Shown here piece by piece: positions 42,761 to 52,879 of a DNA stretch of 64,000 nt. Position 1 is the first letter of the stretch, and each line of letters opens with the position of its first letter. The position numbers and the translations under genes are program-made. The notes below the pieces were generated by a model, which saw only the letters and a list, made by a program, of their open reading frames with translations, did no database searches and had not been told where the DNA came from. The stretch covers positions 192,001 to 256,000 of the forward strand of contig CBDFJG010000004.1 of assembly GCA_965248445.1 (NCBI GenBank). Reading direction: 5' to 3'. This stretch comes from Planctomycetota bacterium. GTDB taxonomy: Bacteria; Planctomycetota; JAJSAM01; JAJVHW01.

Positions 42761-43558
42761 CTACTGCGGCAGCGTCACGTCCGACGTCACGGCGTCGCCG
42801 GCGATCGTCACCTTGAAGCTCTTCTCACCGAACTTCTCGTGCCACGCCTTCATCTCGTACTCACCGTCCGGGAGGCCCGCGATCGAGTACGCGCCGCTGG
42901 CGTCGGTCGTGGCGAAGAACGGGTGCTCCGAAGCGAACGCCCAGGCGCTCATCCAGGAGTGCACGTCGCACGAGAAGGGGATGCGTCCCTCCCTCTTGTC
43001 CATCGTGATGGTGTCGGAGGCGCCGGCCTCCTGAGCCTCATTGAACGGCTCGTTGCGCTTCGCCTTGACGTGGACGTTGTGCGTCGTTGCGTCGCTGTTC
43101 ACGACGTCGAACGCCTGGCCGACCATCACGCCGAAGACGTGCGGCTTGTAATAGCACCCCTCCTGCACGAGCTTGAAGCCCGACGGAATCTCGTAGCCGG
43201 ACATCTCCTTGTGCGGGCCCTTGTGCGCCCAGACGAAGACGTTCGGGAGCGTCATGTCCTCGTTGACCCAGAACTTCTGGTCCCACGCATCCTTGTCGGC
43301 CCACGCACCGGCGCAGACTTCGTCGCTGCTGACGTTCAGCTTGACCTGCTCGGGACGCGTGCCGTCGAGCTTGACGGTGCCAGACACGCTGCCCTTCGCC
43401 GCCGCGGCGTCGTACGGAGTCTTGTCGCTGGACGCGCCGCCCGATCCGCCGCCGTTGTCGGCCGCATCACCGCCGCCCGACTTCTTGTCGTCGCCGCCGC
43501 AGGCCACCAGGCCGAGCATCACGAGCCCGGTTGCGAGTCCCATCACGATCGTTTTCAT
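42761..43558 (-). CDS. Lipoprotein with amicyanin-like cupredoxin insert and carboxypeptidase-regulatory-like fold (paralog 1)
   Basis: GGAGGAGG RBS; lipobox LVAC; THNVH and CDVHSWM; HPFFATTDASGAYSIAGLPDGEY. Confidence 0.85.
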   Translation of the reverse strand: MKTIVMGLATGLVMLGLVACGGDDKKSGGGDAADNGGGSGGASSDKTPYDAAAAKGSVSGTVKLDGTRPEQVKLNVSSDEVCAGAWADKDAWDQKFWVNEDMTLPNVFVWAHKGPHKEMSGYEIPSGFKLVQEGCYYKPHVFGVMVGQAFDVVNSDATTHNVHVKAKRNEPFNEAQEAGASDTITMDKREGRIPFSCDVHSWMSAWAFASEHPFFATTDASGAYSIAGLPDGEYEMKAWHEKFGEKSFKVTIAGDAVTSDVTLPQ

Positions 43559-43757
43559 CTCGAGAGTCCTCCTCCGTCCGTCCCGCGCGGGCCCGGACGA
43601 TCCGATGTATTGCATGCCCCGTCGCTGCCGCGTGCGGACACTTGGACCCGTGCGGCAGGGGTAAGCCGACGATGTTCCGGCGACACCGCGGCATCTCCAA
43701 GAACTCGGGGGGGCCGGCCCGCCGTCCCGGTTCCCAGCCGCCTCCGAGCGACCCGGA

Positions 43758-44552
43758 TCACTCCGCCGCCAGGCTCGGTTCCAGGGTCACGGACGCCCCC
43801 TGCGTCACGGTGGCGCGCACCTCCGTCCGGCCGAAGTGTGGGTGGTCGACCCGGAACACGTAGTCCCCCGCCGGCAGGCCCTCGACCGAGAACGCCCCGG
43901 CGGCGTCCGTTGTGGCGAAGAACGGGTGCTCGACGACGTAGCAGTGGGCCTGCATCCACGAGTGCGTGTCGCAGACGAAGTCGACCCGTTCGCGCTTCGT
44001 CAGCGAGATCGCATCCCGCGTCCCCGGCGGCTGCGCGAGATTGAAGGGCTTGTTGCGTTTCGGCTCCGCGTGGACGTTGTGGGTCGTATTGTCGCCGTTC
44101 ACGACCCAGAGACCCTGGCCAAGCAGGATGCCCGACACGTACGGGTGGTACATGCCTCCGGTCTGCACGATCTCCGCAGCGTCAGGGACTGGAAACCCGG
44201 TGAACGTCTCGTGTGGCCCCTCGTGCGCGTACACGAACGCGTGCGGCAGCGTGCCGTCCGCGTTCACGACGAACTTCGGATTGAAGACGGGGTCGGGTGC
44301 GAACGCGGCGACGCACACGTCGTCGACGCCGCCCTTGAACTGTTCCTGCGCCGGAAGCGCCCCGGTCAGTCGTACCGTGCCCACGACCTGGCCGGTGTGC
44401 GCGCCGGACTCGTAGACCGTCTTCTCCACGACACCGGGGACGCCGGGCCCTGGCGGTGGACTGCCTGTCGGCGGCGCGTCTTCGCACGCGTCGCAGCCGG
44501 CCAGCGAAGCGATCGCTGCGATGGTGAACAGAGTCCTGCGGATCGACGTCAT
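43758..44552 (-). CDS. Cupredoxin-like lipoprotein (paralog 2)
   Basis: Lipobox LAGC; THNVH and CDTHSWM; HPFFATTDAAG. Confidence 0.85.
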   Translation of the reverse strand: MTSIRRTLFTIAAIASLAGCDACEDAPPTGSPPPGPGVPGVVEKTVYESGAHTGQVVGTVRLTGALPAQEQFKGGVDDVCVAAFAPDPVFNPKFVVNADGTLPHAFVYAHEGPHETFTGFPVPDAAEIVQTGGMYHPYVSGILLGQGLWVVNGDNTTHNVHAEPKRNKPFNLAQPPGTRDAISLTKRERVDFVCDTHSWMQAHCYVVEHPFFATTDAAGAFSVEGLPAGDYVFRVDHPHFGRTEVRATVTQGASVTLEPSLAAE

Positions 44553-44705
44553 CCTAAGAGCCCTCCGGAAGTAGACGGACGTCACACGCCCCACGATTCG
44601 CAACGCGCGCCCCACGCAACACCATCCCGGAATCGAACCCCCTGGTCCGTGCACGGGCGGGGGTGGAACCCCCGCCCGCACGGAAGGCATGCGAGGGACC
44701 TGAGG

Positions 44706-45554
44706 TCAGCGCGCGAGGCTCAAACCGATTGCCGCTGTCTCCCCGGACACCACTTCGACCTCCGCCTGTCCCTCCCCGAACCCCGGGTGCCAGGCGTGGA
44801 TCGTGTAGTAATCTGGAGGGAGCCCGCCGATCTCGAAGCGGCCGGCCGCGTCGGTGGTGGCGAAGAACGGGTGGTCCAGCACCCAGCAGTAGGCGCTCAT
44901 CCAGCTGTAGCAATCGCACGTGATGCGAACCCTCGCGCTCTTCGTGAACACGATCGTGTCCGAGGCGCCCGGCGCCTGGGTCTTCGCGATCCTCGGGTTG
45001 CGCCGCGAGGTCACGTTCAGGCAGTGCGTCTCGTCATCGAGGTTCCGCACGACCAGCGGCTGGCCGCGTAGCAGTCCGAAGACGTAGGGCCGGTACATGT
45101 AGAGGTGCGCGTCGAGATGCACCGGCGGACTCCGGGCGCCGTCAGTGATCCGAGCGACGGCGCGGACAAGGGGCGCCGCACGGATCCACACGAACGCGTT
45201 GGGCAGCGTACCGTCCGGGTTGATCGTGAACTTCGGATCGAACACCGGCGAGTCGACCGTCGCGGCTGCGGCCGTGGACGACGCGCTCATGTTGATGCGA
45301 ACCGGCGGGACGGGTGTGCCGGCGAACACCGCGACCCCCGTGATCCGCCCGGGCGGCTGCTCGAGAGCCGCCCGCTGCTCGGCGGACAGTTCCACGGAGT
45401 CGAGCGTTACGTCGAGGTCCGGTCGCAGCGGCGGGCCGGAGTCGAGCGGCAGCGACAGACACCCGCGGACCAGGAACAGCCCGAACACCGCCGCGAGGAG
45501 CGCGCCGCCGGCCACCACGACGACGGTCGCGAGCGCGGATCGGGTTCGGGCCAT
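44706..45554 (-). CDS. Cupredoxin-like membrane-anchored protein (paralog 3, altered ligand loop)
   Basis: Clear paralog (NPDGTLPNAFVW, HPFFATTDAAG) with THCLNV and CDCYSWM; GGAGG RBS. Confidence 0.82.
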   Translation of the reverse strand: MARTRSALATVVVVAGGALLAAVFGLFLVRGCLSLPLDSGPPLRPDLDVTLDSVELSAEQRAALEQPPGRITGVAVFAGTPVPPVRINMSASSTAAAATVDSPVFDPKFTINPDGTLPNAFVWIRAAPLVRAVARITDGARSPPVHLDAHLYMYRPYVFGLLRGQPLVVRNLDDETHCLNVTSRRNPRIAKTQAPGASDTIVFTKSARVRITCDCYSWMSAYCWVLDHPFFATTDAAGRFEIGGLPPDYYTIHAWHPGFGEGQAEVEVVSGETAAIGLSLAR

Positions 45555-45623
45555 TGCGGACCTCCCGGAGAGAGGCTACTTGCCTCCCCTGGAACGCACG
45601 GCGGAGCCGTTCGCGTCCCTCGG

Positions 45624-46412
45624 TTATCGGGCTTCGATCGTGGCAGCGGCCGCAGTGGCCTGACGGCGGATGTCCTCGGGCCAGCCGGAGCGCGGGTCGG
45701 CCAGGGACAGGAGTGTGGCCACGTCCTCGGGCTGTCCCACGAGCGCGAGCGCGACGATCGCGTTGCGCACGTGGCCGGCTGCGGGCGCCACCACCAGCAG
45801 CACGTCGCCCGCCGCGACGGTGGCACCCTCCTCGACGACGGCGTCGAGCACCCGCCCCGGCAGCGCGGCCCGCACCTCCGCGCTCCGTCCGTCGCCGAGG
45901 TCGATCCGCACAGCGAGCATCCCCTGCTTGACCGGGTCATCTGCGGCAAGCGTGGTTGTCACCGTGCCGGCCGCGGGCGCGAGGACCCCGTGGTTCCCGA
46001 GCATCTCGCGGAGAACCTGCAATCCCGTGTCGTCACCGAACCGGGAGAGAGATGTCGCCGCGTTGCGTCGGGCGATCGGAGAGCTGTCCTCGGTGACCAT
46101 CTCGCGTAGACGCGCGGCGAACTCCGGCCGCGCCGTGTCGTGCTGCATCGCCCACGCCGCCGCCTCGCGCACCGACGCCTCGGAGCGCGACGACGCCCGC
46201 ACGAGTTCGTCCACCCAGCGCTGCATTCCCGGGCGGCCCTCGTCGAGGCGCATCGCGATCTCGCTGATGCCGTGCTGGACATGGCGCGGCTTCGCGTCGG
46301 GGGAGAGCCGCTCGACGAGTGCGTCGTCGTCGAGCCGCTTGCCGAACCACGTGCCCCACCAGAACAGACCGGGGACGAGAATCAGCAGCGCCGCGATCGC
46401 GGCGAGGATCAC
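45624..46412 (-). CDS. Membrane-anchored HEAT-repeat protein with inserted barrel-sandwich (biotinyl/lipoyl-like) domain
   Basis: N-terminal TM; HEAT repeats VREAAAWAM, ARRNAATSL, VRNAIVAL; APAAGTV...EVRAALPGRV...VEEGATVAAGDVL. Start uncertain. Confidence 0.8.
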   Translation of the reverse strand: MILAAIAALLILVPGLFWWGTWFGKRLDDDALVERLSPDAKPRHVQHGISEIAMRLDEGRPGMQRWVDELVRASSRSEASVREAAAWAMQHDTARPEFAARLREMVTEDSSPIARRNAATSLSRFGDDTGLQVLREMLGNHGVLAPAAGTVTTTLAADDPVKQGMLAVRIDLGDGRSAEVRAALPGRVLDAVVEEGATVAAGDVLLVVAPAAGHVRNAIVALALVGQPEDVATLLSLADPRSGWPEDIRRQATAAAATIEAR

Positions 46413-46476
46413 GAACGGGCGCTTGAACGCGCCGCGTTCGCCGCGACGCCTGCGCGCGGGCCCCGCGAGAGCCCCG

Positions 46477-49400
46477 TCAGTCGTCGAGAGACCTCAGATA
46501 GCGGACGATGAGGTCGACGTGGTCGCCCTCGTACGCCTTGGCCGATGGCAGAGACTGGTCCTGGAACACCCATCTGCCGAGTTCGTGCGACTTGCCGCAG
46601 CTCGGGCAGAGACGTGGATGGTCGGACAGCTGATCCGGATTGATCAGCGCCTGGCACCCTGGGCATTCCTTCCGGAAGAGTGCCGGCATCGCCGTACCCG
46701 GCTCGAGAAGACTGGGATTCTGTATCCAGCGCGCGACCCACTCGGGACGCAATCGCGCGGCCGTGTAGCTGAGGTTCGGCGCCTTCGTCTCGTCGTTGAG
46801 GGGCTGTCCCGTCACCACGTGGCACTGCACGCAGTTCGCGGACGCGAAGATCGCCTCGGCGGCCTGCCGCTCGGTCGGCGAGAGCGTCCACAGTTTCGGT
46901 GCCTGGTAGATGTCGGGCTGCTTCGCCATCGCGTCGAAGAAGCGCACCAGTGCACGTGCCTCGCGCGCCGTGAACTCGAACGTCGGCATGCGCACCGTCA
47001 GGTGCGGCCGCACGGACTTCGGGTTCGCCGTTCCACCGCCCAGCGACGGGTCGCGCAGGAAGTCGGTCAGCCATGTCGGGCGCGTGCGGAAACCGGTGCC
47101 GACGAGGTACGGCGGCCGGTCACCCTCGTTCTCCTGCCCAGCCACGAAGTGCGGGAGCTTCTGGATCGCCGGCACCATGCCCGGACGGATCTGGTGGCAG
47201 CCCTCGCAGTTGTACTTCCGCACCAGCCACCAGCCCTCGCGGACGGCCTGGCCGGTCTCGGTCGGCTGGTACTTGATCGTGGACGGGAGGAACTTGTCCT
47301 CCACGCTGCCCATCAGCAGCGAGACGATGTCGTAGATCTCCTGCCCGGACAGGTTGAACTTCGGCATGCGCAGGCGCGACCAGCGATCCACGTTCTTCGA
47401 CGTGTCGTAGATCTCCGGCTTCGCCAGCTTGTGCATCGCGAACCCGCGGTGGTTGTACCAACTGCCGTGCGGATAGAAGTCGCGGTTGTCGTCGAAGATC
47501 TTGAGGTCGTCCTTCGGCGCCGTCCACCCGAGCAGCGGCTCGTTCTCGTCGTGGTGCTCGGACCCGCGCTTCGCCGCAACGGTGTAGTGGCCGAAGTCGA
47601 GGCGCTCCATGGGCTTGCTGCCCCAGCCGTTCATCGACGTGCCGATGCGGCCCTCGTTCTCGAGCCCGCCAATCTCGTGGCAGCCCGCGCAACCGTGGTG
47701 TGCCACCAGGCGCTTGCCGCGATCGAAACGATCCGTCTCTTCGAGCCAGGGCGCCGCCGCCGGGAAGTCGACACCGGTCGCACCGCCCTGCGACAGCAGG
47801 TACGTGGCGATGTCCGTGGCCTCCTTCCGATTGAGGCGGAGGCTCGGCATGACCACCGTGTTGTCCCACTGCAGGTCGAAGCCGCAGTTGGGGCAGGCGG
47901 TGTGCTCACGGCCGAAGACGAGGCCCTCGCCGTGCTTCTCGAAGTCCGCCGGAGTCAGGTCCCGCTTGCACTCCGCGCAATACGGTGCCAGGCGATGGCG
48001 CGGGTTCGTGACCCAGTGCACCACGTGCTCGAGGTTCGACTTCTCGCCGAGGTTCGTGAGGTTCGCGGCGAACGTGTTCCCCATCCACGAGCCGTCCGCC
48101 TGGTCGCCGATCGAGTGACACGCGAGGCAGCCGACCGAATTGAAGAGCTCTTCGCCTGCGGTCGGGTCGCCGGGTGAGACCGGCTCCATCCCGTACACCG
48201 TGAGATCGGCGGCGACGTTCGTGGACGACTGCCACAGGAACGCGGCCACGTCTTTCGCCTCGTCGTCGCCATACCAGCGGAACGCCGGCATCTTGGTCGA
48301 GGGGCGCCAGTTCCTCGGGTCCTGGATCCACTGCGTGAGCCACTCGGGCTTCACCTTGGCGCGCAGGTCCTTCAGGTTCGGGCCGACCTTCTTGCGCTCC
48401 TTGACGACGTCGTACAGCTCGCGACCGAGGTTCGTCCGTTCGGTCTGCAGGCCCGCGATCTGCATGCGCAGCGCGTTCCCCTGCAGTGCCACGTCGCCCG
48501 CCAGCCGGTTCGCGACGTCTTCGTCCTCGTCGAACACGGGGTCGACCACTGCCTTCAGGTTTCGTGCCCGCTGCTCGAGCGCCTCCATCTCGAGGTCGAT
48601 GTCCGTGATCCGCATGGCGACCCCGCGCGAACGCTCCGGCTCGACGTCGTAGCCCTTCAGTTCGTGACAGCCCCAGCAGCCGTAGTGGCGGAAGTTCTCC
48701 TTCGCCTGGCTGATGCGCTCGCCGCCTTCGAGGTGGATGTCGCCGAGGTGGCACTGGTTGCAACCCGCCTCGAAGTTGGTCGGCGGGTGCATGCGCTTGA
48801 GCCAGTAGTGGTTCAGCCCGTGCGCGTTCTCGGCAGCGGAGTTCTTGTTGCCGTAGGTGATCGCGACGCCGTTGCCGCCGTGACACATGGAGCAGCCGAA
48901 CTCCTCGGGGTCGTGTGTCCCGAACAGCTCCGCCTGCCGCGGGTGGCTCTCGTAGAGTTTCATCTCGTCGCCGCCGAGAGCGGCGGCGTTGATCGGCATC
49001 GGACTGCGTGCGTTCAGATGGCACGTCTCGCAGCGGTCGACCCAGTTCTTCGTGTCCTGGATGTGAAGCTGCTTGATCGTCCCGATGGAGAAGTCCTCGA
49101 TCGAGCTCTTGAGGCCGATGACCTGGTCGGGCTTGAGACCCGTCACGTATCGCTCCAGATACCTCTCGGCGCCGACCTCGATGACCTTGTCCGCGATCTC
49201 CTTGCGCATGTCGTCGTCGTCGACGTTGTCGAGCAGGAGCGCGATGTTGCCCATGTTCGTGTCGAGCCAGCGGTTCCGGGCCGCCTCGGCCGCCGAAAGA
49301 GCGCGCGAAGCGGCGCCGAGGTCGCCCTGGCGTGCGGACTTGTTGAGCTGCAGCTCGTCTGCGCGGGCGATCAGTTCACGCACAGTCGAGGTCTGCGACT

Positions 49401-49944
49401 TCTCCTCGTCGCCGACGGTCCACGAGTAGGTGACCTCGCGGGCTTGCACCTTCTTGATCTTCTCGAGGTAGCCCTGCGCGCCCTCGGTGTCGACGACGTC
49501 GAGCTTGCCCGCGACGTCCGCGGCGTGCTCGGCCTTGTAGGAAGTCGCCGCGATCTCGCTGCGGGGGCTCTTGATCGCCTCTCGGATCGACGTGAGCTCG
49601 GAGGAGATGCCGTTGATCTCGCTCTGCAGGGCATCGCGGCGGTCCTTGCTCGCCTCGGCAGCCGACTGGGCCGCTGTGACAAGCGCTTGGTAGTCGTCGA
49701 GCCCCGAGATCTGCTGCTGCACGAACTGGCGGTCGCCCTGCACGCCGTCCAGGTACCCGACCATCGCGTCCTGCCACGTGCGCTGGTATCCGAAGTACGG
49801 ACGCCGCGTGATGAACTCGTCGTAGACGACCAGGACCGACGAGATGACCACGGCCAGCGCCGCGATCACGATCGGCACCGACAAGGACCGCTCGTAGAGC
49901 GGGTCTTTCGGGATGTCGGGGGTGGTGGGCTTGTCGTCGCTCAT
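46477..49944 (-). CDS. Membrane-anchored 8-heme c-type cytochrome of the Rieske/cytochrome b complex
   Basis: CxxCH motifs CETCH, CSMCH, CNQCH, CWGCH, CLACH, CAGCH, CEGCH, CVQCH; N-terminal TM and coiled coil; ATG 49944 after GGAG. Confidence 0.93.
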   Translation of the reverse strand: MSDDKPTTPDIPKDPLYERSLSVPIVIAALAVVISSVLVVYDEFITRRPYFGYQRTWQDAMVGYLDGVQGDRQFVQQQISGLDDYQALVTAAQSAAEASKDRRDALQSEINGISSELTSIREAIKSPRSEIAATSYKAEHAADVAGKLDVVDTEGAQGYLEKIKKVQAREVTYSWTVGDEEKSQTSTVRELIARADELQLNKSARQGDLGAASRALSAAEAARNRWLDTNMGNIALLLDNVDDDDMRKEIADKVIEVGAERYLERYVTGLKPDQVIGLKSSIEDFSIGTIKQLHIQDTKNWVDRCETCHLNARSPMPINAAALGGDEMKLYESHPRQAELFGTHDPEEFGCSMCHGGNGVAITYGNKNSAAENAHGLNHYWLKRMHPPTNFEAGCNQCHLGDIHLEGGERISQAKENFRHYGCWGCHELKGYDVEPERSRGVAMRITDIDLEMEALEQRARNLKAVVDPVFDEDEDVANRLAGDVALQGNALRMQIAGLQTERTNLGRELYDVVKERKKVGPNLKDLRAKVKPEWLTQWIQDPRNWRPSTKMPAFRWYGDDEAKDVAAFLWQSSTNVAADLTVYGMEPVSPGDPTAGEELFNSVGCLACHSIGDQADGSWMGNTFAANLTNLGEKSNLEHVVHWVTNPRHRLAPYCAECKRDLTPADFEKHGEGLVFGREHTACPNCGFDLQWDNTVVMPSLRLNRKEATDIATYLLSQGGATGVDFPAAAPWLEETDRFDRGKRLVAHHGCAGCHEIGGLENEGRIGTSMNGWGSKPMERLDFGHYTVAAKRGSEHHDENEPLLGWTAPKDDLKIFDDNRDFYPHGSWYNHRGFAMHKLAKPEIYDTSKNVDRWSRLRMPKFNLSGQEIYDIVSLLMGSVEDKFLPSTIKYQPTETGQAVREGWWLVRKYNCEGCHQIRPGMVPAIQKLPHFVAGQENEGDRPPYLVGTGFRTRPTWLTDFLRDPSLGGGTANPKSVRPHLTVRMPTFEFTAREARALVRFFDAMAKQPDIYQAPKLWTLSPTERQAAEAIFASANCVQCHVVTGQPLNDETKAPNLSYTAARLRPEWVARWIQNPSLLEPGTAMPALFRKECPGCQALINPDQLSDHPRLCPSCGKSHELGRWVFQDQSLPSAKAYEGDHVDLIVRYLRSLDD

Positions 49945-50026
49945 CTCCGCCTTTCGAACGCGTCCCACACGGACGCGCCGCACAGTGAAGGGAAGCACGC
50001 GGGAGTTGGTCTCCCGCGCGCCGACG

Positions 50027-50971
50027 TCACACGTTGAACCAGGGCGTCACCCAGACGTACTTGATGGTGAACAAGAGCTTCAGCGCCATCTTCACGGGCA
50101 CCGCGATCATGATCACGAGGAAGCCGACGAGGTGCATGTACTGGATGATGTTCATCTTGCGGAACAGCTCGGGCTTGTACTTGCGGATCGCGAAGTCCAC
50201 GGCACCGCCGGTCGCCGCCAGGAACCCGAGAGTCATGACGCCACCGAACACTCCGATCATCATCGGATCCGTCAGGCCGAAGATCTCGTGCAGGTGCACG
50301 TTGACCTCGTGCACGACGCGGTGGCTGTCCCACGTCTGACCCGGCCAGAACCACATCCAGCCCGGGCCGCGGATGAACGTCCCGATGAACGCGAGCAGGA
50401 GCCACAGCACGAGGTAGCCGAACATGAAGCCGCCGATGGCGAACTTGCGCTGCTTCCACGTGTAGTACCCGTTGCCGAGCGGACTCGGGTCCATGTACGG
50501 GATCGCCATCAGTCCGACCACGATCACATTGGGCAGAATCACACCCGCGATCCACGGGTCGAAGTAGACGAGCAGTTCCTGCAGCCCGAGGAAGTACCAC
50601 GGCGCCTTCGCCGGGTTCATCGTGAGCGTCGGGTTGGCCGGTTCCTCGAGCGGCGCGTCGAAGTAGATGGCCCACAGGATGAGGAACGCCGTGACGATCA
50701 GGCAGGCCAGGAACTCGATGCGCAGCAGGTACGGCCACGCGTGCACCGTCTTGTCCCACGCGGCGTGGTACGGCTGGTGCTTCCTGTGGTGGGTCTTGGC
50801 GAGCGCGGGGTCCGCCTCGAGCTGCGTGATCAGGCGGTCGTTGCGGACCGCCTCGCGGAAGCCGTACCACAGGTACCAGGGTGTGATGATCGCCAGCAGG
50901 ACGATCGGGATGTTGTCCGGCAGGACCGTGATGTCCACCAGCTGCTGCCAATCGATCGCGAACAGGTGCAT
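50027..50971 (-). CDS. Cytochrome b subunit IV-like (C-terminal half of split cytochrome b)
   Basis: APLEEPANP, KAPWYFLGLQELL (PEWY equivalent), IPYMD; TGATG coupling to the upstream gene. Confidence 0.9.
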   Translation of the reverse strand: MHLFAIDWQQLVDITVLPDNIPIVLLAIITPWYLWYGFREAVRNDRLITQLEADPALAKTHHRKHQPYHAAWDKTVHAWPYLLRIEFLACLIVTAFLILWAIYFDAPLEEPANPTLTMNPAKAPWYFLGLQELLVYFDPWIAGVILPNVIVVGLMAIPYMDPSPLGNGYYTWKQRKFAIGGFMFGYLVLWLLLAFIGTFIRGPGWMWFWPGQTWDSHRVVHEVNVHLHEIFGLTDPMMIGVFGGVMTLGFLAATGGAVDFAIRKYKPELFRKMNIIQYMHLVGFLVIMIAVPVKMALKLLFTIKYVWVTPWFNV

Positions 50972-51855
50972 CAGCGCCTCCCCTTCGCGGTCTTGACTTC
51001 GCTGGCGAGCATGACGGGCGCAGGTCCGGAAATGGACCCGTCCTTACGGATGCGCCAGAAGTGCACGATCATGAACGTGCCGCCGACGAGCGGCAGCGCG
51101 ACGCAGTGCCAGATGTACGCTCGAAGCAACGCATTCGCGTCGACGATCGAGCCCCCCAGCATCGCGAATCGGATGTCGTTGTAGGCCGACGCGCCGATCT
51201 CCGGGCCGAAGGGACCCTCGTGACCGATGAGTGGCGTTGCGCGCGCCATGTTCGTGCCGACCGTGACCGCCCAGAAGCCGAGCTGGTCGTCCGGCAGCAG
51301 GTAGCCGGTGAACGAGAGCAGCATGGTCACGAGGAGCAGGATCACGCCGACGTTCCAGTTGAATTCGCGTGGCGGCTTGTACGAGCCGGTCATGAACACG
51401 CGCATCTGGTGCATCCAGACGGTGATGATCATGGCGTGCGCCGCCCAGCGGTGGAGGTTGCGCAGGAAGTTGCCGAACGGCACGTCGTTCTTGAGGTAGA
51501 GGATGTCGCGGAACGCGTCCGCCTTCGACGGGTGGTAATAGAACATGAGCGCCACGCCCGTGAGGGTCAGGATCAGGAACAGGTAGAACGTGATCCCGCC
51601 CATGCCCCACGTGAACGTGTAGCGCACGGCGTCGCGGTTGAGCTTGGCAGGATGCAGGTGCAGGAACACGTTCGAGAGCACCGCGAGCGAACGGTTGCGC
51701 GGCGTGTCGTCGACCTTGTGGCGGAAAATCGAACGCCACATCGACGTCTCGAACGGGTTCTGCAGCCACTTCTTGTGAAGCGGCACGGCCTCCTTGGCCT
51801 TGTCGATGACGTCGCCGAGGCCGGGCGTGTCATCCGGGGGAGTCTTGGGAACCAT
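50971..51855 (-). CDS. Cytochrome b6-like subunit
   Basis: [17 protein letters not shown]...[31 protein letters not shown]...[14 protein letters not shown] 51882 is an alternative start. Confidence 0.93.
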   Translation of the reverse strand: MVPKTPPDDTPGLGDVIDKAKEAVPLHKKWLQNPFETSMWRSIFRHKVDDTPRNRSLAVLSNVFLHLHPAKLNRDAVRYTFTWGMGGITFYLFLILTLTGVALMFYYHPSKADAFRDILYLKNDVPFGNFLRNLHRWAAHAMIITVWMHQMRVFMTGSYKPPREFNWNVGVILLLVTMLLSFTGYLLPDDQLGFWAVTVGTNMARATPLIGHEGPFGPEIGASAYNDIRFAMLGGSIVDANALLRAYIWHCVALPLVGGTFMIVHFWRIRKDGSISGPAPVMLASEVKTAKGRR

Positions 51856-51926
51856 CCATGCCCTCTTGTTCTGCCGTTGCACTCATGCCCGGCGCGGACC
51901 TGGCCCGCGCGTCGCGCCGCTCTGCG

Positions 51927-52529
51927 CTAGATGTACGACTCGCGGTCGTTCCAGTCGTCCTGTCCGAACACCCTCAGCTTGTCGACGACGATCTGTCCGT
52001 CGGCCGCGAGCGAGACCTTGGTGCGGTCCATCGGTCGCGGCGCCGGGCCCTCGAAGTTGACGCCGGCTGAGTCGTAACCCGAGCCGTGGCACGGGCACTT
52101 GAACTTGTTCGCCGAAGAAACCCAGTCCGGCGTGCAGCCGAGGTGCGTGCAGATGGCGCTGATGACGAAGAGCTTCTCCGCATCGCGCACGACCCAGATG
52201 CGGTATTGCGACTGCCAGCGCGAGTCCACTCCGAACGAGTAGTCCGACGGGTACCCGATCTTGAAGGTCGTCGGCGGCTCGAACAGCGTGCGCGGGAAGA
52301 AGAACTTCACGGTCCCGAGCGTGAAGATGCCGAGGACGCCGGTCAGTCCGAACCAAGTGAACGTGCGGCGGCGCAGCTGTGTCTGCGTGCGGTCCGGCTC
52401 CAGATCCGTACCGCGCTGCTTCGGCGGACGCGGCCGGCGCGGCACCGCTGCTCCGGGCGCACGCGGCATGGTCGCCCCCACCGAACTGGATCCGGGCAGC
52501 GGCGGCGAGCCCGGCTGTGCATCGGACAT
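51927..52529 (-). CDS. Rieske 2Fe-2S subunit
   Basis: CTHLGC and CPCHGSGY boxes, GPAPRP, Tat-like RRRTF before a TM helix; GAGGAG RBS before ATG 52529. Confidence 0.94.
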   Translation of the reverse strand: MSDAQPGSPPLPGSSSVGATMPRAPGAAVPRRPRPPKQRGTDLEPDRTQTQLRRRTFTWFGLTGVLGIFTLGTVKFFFPRTLFEPPTTFKIGYPSDYSFGVDSRWQSQYRIWVVRDAEKLFVISAICTHLGCTPDWVSSANKFKCPCHGSGYDSAGVNFEGPAPRPMDRTKVSLAADGQIVVDKLRVFGQDDWNDRESYI

Positions 52530-52879
52530 AACGGTCTGCTCCTCGCAACGAGCTTGGACCCGGGGGCTGCGGTTGGCGCCGACCGGCACCGCGGATCTCC
52601 CGTTCCCAAGCACTCGCGGCCGCTGGGCCACGGAATGGCGGGTCATCGTAGGAAAGGGCTGCGGGGGGTCCAACTTCCCTCGGGAGGATCGCGCGGGTGG
52701 CGTGACGCCGCTTGCCGGAAGCGGTTCGGACTCCCCGCGGATGGTGCATCTCGGCGCCCCGTGGCAGATCGGGCGCAGCCGAGGCCATCCCAAGCCCCCG
52801 CCCACCCTCGAGGGGAAGGACGCACGGCCCAATGCCGAGGTCTCACTCGTCGGGGTCACATCGGCGGCGCGATCTGCGC

